Source of the DNA: an uncultured Planctomycetales bacterium
Lineage (GTDB): Bacteria; Planctomycetota; Phycisphaerae; UBA1845; PWPN01
Direction of reading: 5' to 3'
Length of the DNA: 64,000 nucleotides
Assembly (NCBI GenBank): GCA_964617875.1
Contig: CAZUAI010000006.1
Coordinates: forward strand, 23,102-87,101
Both the position numbers and the translations under genes were made by a program. Position 1 is the stretch's first letter. Each line of letters starts with the position of its first letter. Under the pieces are notes generated by a model. It was not told the DNA's origin. It ran no database searches and saw only the letters and a list, made by a program, of their open reading frames with translations. Shown here piece after piece: positions 27,692-35,689 of the stretch.

Positions 27692-28978
27692 TCAGGCCTT
27701 GCCGGCAAACGGATTTCCGAAAACGGCCGCCTTGCCCAGTTCCGCCTCGATCTCCAGCAGCCGGTTGTACTTGGCGATCCGCTCGCTGCGGCACGCGGAA
27801 CCGGTCTTGATCTGGCCGCCGCCCATCGCCACGGCGAAGTCGGCCATGAAGGCATCTTCGGTCTCGCCCGAGCGGTGCGACACGACGAAGCCCCAGCCGG
27901 CCTTGCGGCACATATCGATGGCCTCGATGGTCTCGGTCACCGTGCCGATCTGATTCAGCTTGATCAGCACGGCGTTGGTGGACTGTTCCTTGATGCCCCG
28001 CTCGATGAACTTCGTATTCGTGACGTACAGGTCGTCGCCGACGATCTGGATGCGCGAGCCCAGCGCGGCCGTGTGCTGTTTGAACCCGGCCCAGTCGTTC
28101 TCGGCCAGGCCGTCTTCGATCGAGACGATCGGGTACTTCTCCACCCAGCCCTTGTACAACGCCGTCATCTCGGCGCTGTTCTTCCTGCCCTGGCCCGACT
28201 TCGAAAGCTGGTAGGCCCCGTCCTCGAAGAAGGAGCTGGCCGCCGGGTCGAGCGCGATGGCCACGTCCTTGCCGGGTTTGTAGCCGGCGGCCTGGATGGC
28301 CTCCACGATTACCTCGCAGGCCTCGTCGTTGCTCTTGAGGTTGGGCGCGAACCCGCCCTCGTCGCCGACGCTTGTCGCGTAGCCTTTCTTGTGCAGGATG
28401 GACTTGAGGGCGTGGAAGGTCTCCGCGCCGTAGCGAAGGGCCTCGGCGAACGTCGGGGCGCCGACGGGCATGCACATGAACTCCTGGAAGTCCACGCTGT
28501 TGTCGGCGTGCTTGCCGCCGTTCAGGATGTTCATCATGGGCACCGGGATGCGGACCGCGCCCGTTCCGCCGAGGTAGGCGTAAAGGGGAAGATCCGCCGC
28601 CATCGCGGCCGCGCGGGCCACCGCCATGGACACGCCGAGGATGGCGTTCGCCCCCAGCTTGCCCTTGTTGGGCGTGCCGTCCAGTTCGATCATCAGGCGA
28701 TCGATCTGGGCCTGGCGGTTCGGAGCCATGCCCACGATCTTCGGGGCAATGAGGTCATTGACGTTGGCGACGGCCTTGAGCACGCCCTTGCCGCCGTAGC
28801 GCTTCTTGTCGCCGTCCCGCAGTTCGACGGCCTCGTTCTCGCCGGTGGAGGCGCCGGACGGGACACAGGCCGCGGCCGTGATCCCGTTGTCCAGGGTCAC
28901 CGAGACCCGCAACGTCGGATTGCCGCGAGAATCCAGAATCTCCAGGGCCCGTACCGATGCGATATTGCTGTTCATCAT
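27692..28978 (-). CDS. eno: enolase (phosphopyruvate hydratase)
   Basis: [25 protein letters not shown]..., SHRSGETED and [10 protein letters not shown] motifs. Strong AAGGAG SD lies 3-6 nt before the ATGATG. Confidence 0.95.
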   Translation of the reverse strand: MMNSNIASVRALEILDSRGNPTLRVSVTLDNGITAAACVPSGASTGENEAVELRDGDKKRYGGKGVLKAVANVNDLIAPKIVGMAPNRQAQIDRLMIELDGTPNKGKLGANAILGVSMAVARAAAMAADLPLYAYLGGTGAVRIPVPMMNILNGGKHADNSVDFQEFMCMPVGAPTFAEALRYGAETFHALKSILHKKGYATSVGDEGGFAPNLKSNDEACEVIVEAIQAAGYKPGKDVAIALDPAASSFFEDGAYQLSKSGQGRKNSAEMTALYKGWVEKYPIVSIEDGLAENDWAGFKQHTAALGSRIQIVGDDLYVTNTKFIERGIKEQSTNAVLIKLNQIGTVTETIEAIDMCRKAGWGFVVSHRSGETEDAFMADFAVAMGGGQIKTGSACRSERIAKYNRLLEIEAELGKAAVFGNPFAGKA

Positions 28979-29407
28979 TAACTCCTTTCTTGAATCATGA
29001 CGCATTGTCATTGTGCGTAAACCAACAGATGCCGCAAGAGCCGCCTTGCGGATCATCGGATTCGGATGAAGCCTGAGTCCGGCCAGACACCGCCGGGCGG
29101 CGGCGGTTCCGATCCGGCCCAGGGCGGCGATGGCCGCCTGCGCCACGAACACCGCCTGCATGTCCCGCGTGTCCCGGGTCCGTTCGACCAGTTCGATCAA
29201 CGGCGCGACGGCCCGGCGTTCCTTCCGCTGCCCCAGCAGGAGGGCGCATCGCTCGGGCGTGGTGGGCTCCGGATGGCGCAGCGAGACCATGAGCTTCTCC
29301 GGGTAGCTGAGCGAGCCCCAGTATTCCCTCAGGTTCAGGCCGCAGCGAGGGCAGCATTCGAGGTCCTCGGCAAAGTCGTCCCAGCAGCGGGGACAGAAGA
29401 ACCGCAT
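28979..29407 (-). CDS. zinc-ribbon + HEAT-repeat ORF with no stop codon before eno
   Basis: [26 protein letters not shown] (CxxC-N11-CxxC) followed by HEAT-like repeats ([31 protein letters not shown]). ATG 29407-29405 lies 1 nt after the upstream stop. The frame continues uninterrupted into eno. Confidence 0.6.
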
Positions 29408-29408
29408 C

Positions 29409-30119
29409 TCAGTCCATTCTCGCCCGTTGAAGCATCCGGGCCAGGTCCTCCCGAATCGGGGCCTCCACCGGCAACGCACCGATGGCCTCCAGGGCGGGGG
29501 TCCGGTCGTATTCCGCCCGCCGGCTCTGAACCGCGCCGTCCTCCCACAGCGCATACGGCGCCCGCGCATCACCATCCAGCGGCTGACCGAGCGAGCCGGG
29601 ATTGACGATCTGCAGGGTTCCGTGGCGGCGGATCAGCGGGAGGTGCGTGTGGCCCGCCACGAGTAGGTCGGCCAGAACCCTGCCGGCGACGTCGTCGAGG
29701 ATCGCATCGCATCCCTGGGGGGTCAGGCGGTAGTCGTACAGAGGGTCGATGGGCGTCGCATGCGTCACGGCGAACGGAACGCCGCCGATTTCGCATCGCA
29801 GGCTCAGCGGAAGCCGGCCCAGCCACGCCAGGTCGTCCGGGCCCAGCTGCGCGCGGGTCCAGTCCCGCATGGCCAGGGCCAGGGGCTGCTTGGCCGGGCT
29901 GGCCTTGGGATCGGCCAGGAAGGCGACGGCATGGTCATGGTTGCCGCGCACGGCGATCGCCTCGTGCTGCCGAAGCCACGCCACCGCAGCCCCGGGGGCC
30001 GGACCGTAGTTCACCGTGTCGCCGGCGCAGATGACGTGGTCGAACCGCCCGGCGTCGCGTTCCACGGCGGCGAGGGCCCAGGGGTTGGCATGGATATCAG
30101 AAAGCATCAGAATCCGCAT
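29409..30119 (-). CDS. metallophosphoesterase (YfcE/MJ0936-like)
   Basis: [29 protein letters not shown] and VAGHTH metal-binding motifs. The ORF-track start at 30188 is less likely. Confidence 0.8.
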   Translation of the reverse strand: MRILMLSDIHANPWALAAVERDAGRFDHVICAGDTVNYGPAPGAAVAWLRQHEAIAVRGNHDHAVAFLADPKASPAKQPLALAMRDWTRAQLGPDDLAWLGRLPLSLRCEIGGVPFAVTHATPIDPLYDYRLTPQGCDAILDDVAGRVLADLLVAGHTHLPLIRRHGTLQIVNPGSLGQPLDGDARAPYALWEDGAVQSRRAEYDRTPALEAIGALPVEAPIREDLARMLQRARMD

Positions 30120-30240
30120 CGCCCAAACCATCTCCGAACCCGTGACCCATGGCGTCATCGTCGCCGTCGGCCCCCGGCCGGGACGCATCGCGTCCGCAGT
30201 ATATCAAGGGGGACCGGGCGGCTGGGCATACCCGTACACG

Positions 30241-30271
30241 AACCCGGCCGGTTTTCGCTTCCGGTGGGGTT
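30241..30271 (-). terminator. terminator-like element of the riboswitch 1 expression platform
   Basis: Minus strand reads AACCCCACCGG-aagcgaaaa-CCGGCCGGGUU. Its 5' arm can alternatively pair with GGGUGGGGU just downstream of the aptamer. The tail is not U-rich. Confidence 0.3.
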
Positions 30272-30318
30272 GCTTGCTGCCGCGCTCAGTCGGTGCGGAC
30301 CCCCACCCAGGACAGCGG

Positions 30319-30408
30319 GTAGGAGTCATCAGGCTCCCCGACGGGGAACCAATTCACGGCGGACTCCATCGCCCGCCGGATCTTAGCGTGAACGCTGTGG
30401 GGCCGCAA
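30319..30408 (-). promoter_or_regulatory. promoter + fluoride riboswitch (crcB motif), copy 1
   Basis: Minus strand reads TTGCGG (30408-30403), N17, TAAGAT (30385-30380), N6, then GGCGAUGGAGUCCGCC-GUGAAUUG-GUUCCCCgucgGGGGAGC-CUGAUGACUCCUAC (30373-30319). P1 is GGCG/CGCC, the pseudoknot is GGAGUC/GACUCC, with a P3 hairpin and the conserved CUGAUGA. Confidence 0.85.
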
Positions 30409-30630
30409 GGACGCCTTCAGGGCGAGACGGGGCGCCGCGAAGGCCGAGCGGACGCCCGCCTTCGGTTGCCGGGCAGGCTTGACTTTGGACGCGCCCGGCG
30501 TACCGTGCCCGGTTTGCCGAGGCCGGGCGGTTGTGCGGCGCGTGATGATCTGCACGCCCCGGTTCGATGGAGCCTGCTTGCGGAACGAGACGACAGCCCC
30601 GAGTCGTACTGATCCCGGGATCCTCGCGCC

Positions 30631-33258
30631 ATGCCGATTCTGCCCAGCATCATACTGCCCAAGAACCTGGTGGCCGCCCTGAAACGTCACTCGTCGGACA
30701 TCCGTGTTGCGCCGCTTCTGCTGGAAACGGCCTCCGTTGCGGCGCCTCTGGCTCTTGACAAGCTGGGGACAACAGCGAACGGGCTAAGCGAAGAAGCGGC
30801 TCAGGCGCGCCTGGAAGAGCACGGTCCGAATGTCGTTGCGCAGGAGCATCGGCACGGCAAGCTCGTCCTCCTGGGCAAGGCACTGATCAATCCCCTGGTG
30901 ATCCTGCTGCTCATTCTGGCCGCGGTGTCGTTCCTCACCGGCGATAACCGCGCGGGAACCGTCATGTCGTTGATGGTCGTCCTCGGCGTGGTGCTGCGAT
31001 TCGTTCAGGAATCGCGGGCCGATACCGCCGCGGCCAGACTGAAGTCCATGATCAGCGTAACCGCAACGGTCGTCCGCGAGGGGCGGACGCGAGAGATTCC
31101 GCTGGCCGATCTGGTGCCGGGCGATGTGGTCAGGCTTGCCGCCGGGGACATGATCCCGGCCGATCTTCGGCTCATTTCCGCCAAGGATCTGTTTATCATA
31201 CAGGCAAGCCTGACCGGCGAGTCGCTTCCCATTGAGAAGTTCGAGGTGACGGAATCGAACGGAAAACCAGCTCTTGAACTCCGGAATCTTTGCTTCCTGG
31301 GCACCAGTGTGGAGAGCGGAACGGCCACCGGGGTAGTCGTGGCCACCGGCTTGCAGACCTACCTGGGAACCATGGCCAGAGCCTTGGCCGGCGAGCAGGC
31401 ACAAACCAGCTTCGACAAGGGGGTCAGTCGATTCACGTGGCTCATGATCCGCTTCATCGCCGTGATGGTGCCGCTGGTGTTTGTTATCAACGGCCTCACC
31501 AAGCATGACTGGCACGAAGCATTCTTCTTTGCGGTGGCGGTCGCGGTAGGCATGACGCCCGAGATGCTGCCGATGATCGTGACCGTCTGCCTGTCGAAGG
31601 GCGCTCTGGCCATGTCCCGTCGCAAGGTCATCGTCAAGCGGCTCAACTCCATCCAGAATCTTGGTGCGATGGACGTGCTCTGCACCGACAAGACCGGCAC
31701 GCTCACCATGGACCACGTGATTCTGGAGAAACATTGCGACGTCTTTCGGCGGGAGGATGATGGCGTCCTGATCCTGGCGTATCTCAACAGCCACTTCCAG
31801 ACCGGCCTCAAGAATGTGCTGGACCGAGCCATCCTGGACCATCGGGAAGTCCACGACATGGTCTCCATCGCTGACCACCTGAAAGTGGACGAGATCCCGT
31901 TCGATTTCTCGCGCAAGCTGATGTCCGTCGTCGTGCAGTTGCCGGAAGGAGGCCGTCGGCTCATCTGCAAGGGCGCGCCCGAAGTCGTCTTCCAGAGATG
32001 CAGCCAGTTTGAGGTTAAGGACCGGACGTACCCCATGCGGCAGGTCTACATTGACGATCTTCGCGAAGAGTACGACGAACTCAGCGCCGATGGCTTCCGT
32101 GTGCTGGCCATTGCTCACAAGGATCTGGAGCCGAAGGCCGCCTATTCCCGAGAGGATGAGTACGACCTGACGTTGAATGGCTACGTGGCCTTTCTTGATC
32201 CTCCGAAGGATTCCGCCGGGCCCGCGATCGAGGCGCTTGGCAAGCACGGCGTCGCCGTCAAGGTTCTCACGGGAGACAACGATCTGGTCAGCCGAAAGAT
32301 CTGTCATGAGGTCGGCATCCCGAGCGAGGAGGTATTGCTTGGCCCGCAAGTCGAGGCCATGTCCGATGCCGAGCTGGCGCATGCCGCGGAGCACACGTCC
32401 CTGTTTGCCCGCCTTTCTCCGGCCCACAAACAGCGGATTATCCGTGCGCTGCAGGGGAACGGACACGTGGTCGGTTTTCTGGGCGACGGAATCAATGACT
32501 CGCCCGCCCTCCGCACCGCCGATGTGGGAATCTCCGTCGATACCGCCGTCGATATCGCCAAGGAAGCCGCCGACGCCATCCTGCTCGAAAAGAGCCTCAT
32601 GGTGCTGGAGGAAGGCGTCCTCGAAGGACGCAAGGTCTTCGCCAACATCCTCAAGTACATCCGCATGGGAGCCAGCTCGAACTTCGGCAACATGTTCAGC
32701 GTGCTGGGGGCGAGCGTCTTTCTGCCGTTCGTGCCAATGGCCCCGATCCAGATCCTTACCAATAACCTGCTGTATGACTTCTCGCAGGTTCCCATTCCGA
32801 CGGACAACGTGGACCCCGAACAGATTGCCAAGCCCCGACCATGGTCGATGAATGAGATTACTCGGTTCATCCTCTTCATTGGCCCGTGCAGTTCGATTTT
32901 CGATTACACGACCTATTTCATCATGCTTTACGTCTTCCGTTGCTGGAGCCCCGACCGTGCGTCGTTGTTCCAAACCGGCTGGTTCGTGGAATCCCTTATG
33001 ACGCAGACGCTCATCATTCACATCATCCGGACCAACCGGATCCCGTTCCTGCAGAGCCGCGCCAGCCTGCCTCTCTCGATTACTACGCTGTTGATCATGG
33101 GTATCGGGATGTGGCTGCCGTTTTCACCTGTTGCATCTTCACTGGGCTTTACGCCACTGCCCGGTCTGTACTGGCCGCTGCTCTTCCTGACGTTGCTCTG
33201 CTACGGTTTGCTCACGCAGGCCGCCAAGACCTGGCTTCTGCGTAAGGCGTGGATCTGA
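30631..33258 (+). CDS. mgtA: magnesium-importing P-type ATPase
   Basis: 875 aa with DKTGTLT phosphorylation site, TGES, GDGINDSPAL and 10 TM helices. The N-terminus LSEEAAQARLEEHGPN is typical of MgtA/MgtB. Confidence 0.9.
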   Translation: MPILPSIILPKNLVAALKRHSSDIRVAPLLLETASVAAPLALDKLGTTANGLSEEAAQARLEEHGPNVVAQEHRHGKLVLLGKALINPLVILLLILAAVSFLTGDNRAGTVMSLMVVLGVVLRFVQESRADTAAARLKSMISVTATVVREGRTREIPLADLVPGDVVRLAAGDMIPADLRLISAKDLFIIQASLTGESLPIEKFEVTESNGKPALELRNLCFLGTSVESGTATGVVVATGLQTYLGTMARALAGEQAQTSFDKGVSRFTWLMIRFIAVMVPLVFVINGLTKHDWHEAFFFAVAVAVGMTPEMLPMIVTVCLSKGALAMSRRKVIVKRLNSIQNLGAMDVLCTDKTGTLTMDHVILEKHCDVFRREDDGVLILAYLNSHFQTGLKNVLDRAILDHREVHDMVSIADHLKVDEIPFDFSRKLMSVVVQLPEGGRRLICKGAPEVVFQRCSQFEVKDRTYPMRQVYIDDLREEYDELSADGFRVLAIAHKDLEPKAAYSREDEYDLTLNGYVAFLDPPKDSAGPAIEALGKHGVAVKVLTGDNDLVSRKICHEVGIPSEEVLLGPQVEAMSDAELAHAAEHTSLFARLSPAHKQRIIRALQGNGHVVGFLGDGINDSPALRTADVGISVDTAVDIAKEAADAILLEKSLMVLEEGVLEGRKVFANILKYIRMGASSNFGNMFSVLGASVFLPFVPMAPIQILTNNLLYDFSQVPIPTDNVDPEQIAKPRPWSMNEITRFILFIGPCSSIFDYTTYFIMLYVFRCWSPDRASLFQTGWFVESLMTQTLIIHIIRTNRIPFLQSRASLPLSITTLLIMGIGMWLPFSPVASSLGFTPLPGLYWPLLFLTLLCYGLLTQAAKTWLLRKAWI

Positions 33259-33317
33259 AATGAAGCGGCCGGCGATGAATGCCGTATGACCGCGAGCGGG
33301 GCGGCATCACCATAGTG

Positions 33318-33432
33318 TTGCGGATCCCGACCAGATCACATAGAATCGGGTTGGCGATGGGGTTCGCCAGCGTCCCGACCCGCCGTGGCTCGGACCAACC
33401 GCCTGCCCGACGACAGGCTGATAACCCCTGCT
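33318..33432 (+). promoter_or_regulatory. promoter + fluoride riboswitch variant, copy 2
   Basis: TTGCGG (33318-33323), N17, TAGAAT (33341-33346), N6, then GGCGAUGGGGUUCGCC-[28-nt inserted hairpin GUCCCGA...UCGGAC]-AACCG-CCUGcccgacgaCAGG-CUGAUAACCCCUGC (33353-33432). The pseudoknot pair GGGGUU/AACCCC covaries relative to the other three copies. Confidence 0.7.
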
Positions 33433-33562
33433 GAACTGCGTGCTACGTTCCGGCAGGGTATCAGCCGCTCAATCTCAACTCTGTCGAACGACGACGCAGC
33501 CAGAAGGATCGCTCCGGCCGTTCTGCTTCGCGCTCGGGACGGAGCCTTCGGAGAGCGAGCGG

Positions 33563-35677
33563 ATGAACGAACATCATCAACGGTGTATCGCCACCACACT
33601 GCGTCATATCGACGGCGTGTTCGCCGAGATCGAGGGGATTCTGGCCGCCATCGGCACGGGTTCGCCGCTGTCCCAGTACGCCCTGGACCTGGAGCCGATG
33701 CAGCGTGGGGTCGTCGAGGACCACCTGCACCGGATTCGGGAGGAGATGGTGGAGGCGATGAAACGGCTCGGCATTCCGCTGGACGGGCGTCGGACCAGCG
33801 CCTGCTGGTCCATCCGCAATCGCCTGCTCGGGGCGTCGATCGCGATCGCCGAGATGGAGCCGCCTCATCTTCGGGGGTACGGGGCACTGGATGCGCACGA
33901 CAAGGCCGAGATCACGCGGGTCTGTGCGGAAATGGAACGGCTGATCGGCCGGGTCGATTCGTATCTGGCCCGCGTGCACGGCGGCGACCTGGCGCAACGA
34001 ATCGCGCATCTGGAAGGTACGCCGGTGGATCGCGACTTGCTCACCACCCTGGAGCAGATCATCGGCAGGCACCATCTGATCGAGCTGCGGCCCGCGCTCG
34101 ACGTGATCCTCCATCGCCTGGAATCACCCCAGTTCGAGATCGCCTTTTTCGGTCGCGTCAGCTCCGGGAAATCCTCGCTGCTCAACCACATCCTCGGCGA
34201 AAGCGTCCTGCCCGTGGGCATTACCCCGGTGACCGCGGTGCCGACCCGGCTGCGACGCGGGGAGCGGCCGGAGATGGTGGTTCACTTCGAGATCTCGTCG
34301 CCCGCCCGCCTGCCCATCGATCAGGTCGCCGAATTCGTGACGGAAGAAGGCAATCCGCGAAACCGTCGCCGGGTGAAGTGGGTTGAGGTGACGGTCTCCA
34401 CGGCGCAGTGCTCCGAGGGCGTCGTGTTCGTGGACACTCCCGGCGTCGGATCGCTGGCCACCGTCGGCGCGGCCCAGACCATGGCGTACCTGCCGCGATG
34501 CGATCTCGGAGTCCTGTTGCTCGACGCCGGTTCGACCCTGCACCAGGAAGACCTCCGGATCCTGCAGGGTTTCGAGGAAGCGGCCATTCCGGCGATGGTC
34601 CTGCTCAGCAAGTGCGACCTGCTCCGCGCGGATGACCGGCAACGCATGATTCACTACGTCGAACAGCAGGTTCACGAGGCCTTGGGGCTTTCGATCGTCG
34701 TGGCGCCGGTGAGTACCGTCGGCCCGGATGCGCATCTGGCCCACGAATGGTTCGAGGCGCATGTCCGTCCGATCATGCGGAGGCACCGGGAGCTGACGGC
34801 CGCTTCGATTCGGCGAAAGGTCGGAGCGCTCCAGGAAACGCTTATCGCGACGTTGAGCAGTATGCTCCGCCGGAGAAGCGGCCGCTCCGCACCCGTAGCG
34901 CGTGACAGCGCCGAGGCGGCCCGGCTTCTGGAGGAGGCCGCGACGCGCATCGCCCGGTTCACGGAATGGGCCGCGGATTTCGATGCCCGCCGGACTTCGG
35001 AGGATGTGGCGCGGCTGATCGAAGACGCCGCCGTGCAGATGGTGCCGGGGCGGGGCGGCGGCCAGACCCCGCCGGTCGGTCTTCGCGACGTTCTGCTGAC
35101 GCGGCTGGCGACCGAGGCGTCGTCGTTCCGGGACGGCGTCATCGGGTTGCAGGCCGACCTGACGAACACGTTGATTCAGCTGGGCGAAAAGGTCGGCAGC
35201 ATCGGAGGCCCTGAGGCCCGGAGGCTGGAGATGTCCCTGACCCCGCTTCCGCCGGCCCGCGAGGAGAATCTGGCCGCGATTCCCGACATTCGTCCGTCGA
35301 AGTTGCTCATGTCGTGGCGATGGCTTGCGCGGGCAAGGCTGCGTGCGGGCCTGCGTCGTCACTGCCGTTGGCCGATCGAGACGGCGCTTGGCGATCATCG
35401 TCGCGAGTTGCGAACGTGGTTGAAAACCAACCTGGACCGCCTCGTGGAGGCCTACGAAACCCATGCCGGTGTGTACCGGGAGGAACTGCGCCGCGCCACC
35501 GAGGCGTCGGGAGACGGCGGACGCGCCGAAGATTCCTCACTGGAAGAGGATCTGGACAGGTTGCAACGGCTCGCGGGACGGTTCCGCGAGCCGCAAAGCC
35601 CGTCCACCGCGGGCGAGCCGGCAGAGTCGGCCCCGACCGGACAGGGCGACGGGACGGTTCCGGTGCAGGCCTGTTGA
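33563..35677 (+). CDS. dynamin-like GTPase (DLP-C)
   Basis: ATG 33563 (MNEHHQRCIA). G1 FFGRVSSGKSSLLN, G3 VFVDTPGVGS, G4 LLSKCDLL, followed by long helical stalk-like regions. Confidence 0.8.
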   Translation: MNEHHQRCIATTLRHIDGVFAEIEGILAAIGTGSPLSQYALDLEPMQRGVVEDHLHRIREEMVEAMKRLGIPLDGRRTSACWSIRNRLLGASIAIAEMEPPHLRGYGALDAHDKAEITRVCAEMERLIGRVDSYLARVHGGDLAQRIAHLEGTPVDRDLLTTLEQIIGRHHLIELRPALDVILHRLESPQFEIAFFGRVSSGKSSLLNHILGESVLPVGITPVTAVPTRLRRGERPEMVVHFEISSPARLPIDQVAEFVTEEGNPRNRRRVKWVEVTVSTAQCSEGVVFVDTPGVGSLATVGAAQTMAYLPRCDLGVLLLDAGSTLHQEDLRILQGFEEAAIPAMVLLSKCDLLRADDRQRMIHYVEQQVHEALGLSIVVAPVSTVGPDAHLAHEWFEAHVRPIMRRHRELTAASIRRKVGALQETLIATLSSMLRRRSGRSAPVARDSAEAARLLEEAATRIARFTEWAADFDARRTSEDVARLIEDAAVQMVPGRGGGQTPPVGLRDVLLTRLATEASSFRDGVIGLQADLTNTLIQLGEKVGSIGGPEARRLEMSLTPLPPAREENLAAIPDIRPSKLLMSWRWLARARLRAGLRRHCRWPIETALGDHRRELRTWLKTNLDRLVEAYETHAGVYREELRRATEASGDGGRAEDSSLEEDLDRLQRLAGRFREPQSPSTAGEPAESAPTGQGDGTVPVQAC

Positions 35678-35689
35678 ATCGGCAGATCG

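Noticed and set aside
30409-30630. An M-box or fluoride-like element in the mgtA leader (CGATGGAGCC ... CTGATCCCGGG)
   Set aside because: The pseudoknot pairing fails (GGAGCC versus CCCGGG) and I could not recognise M-box conserved blocks. This region is left unannotated.
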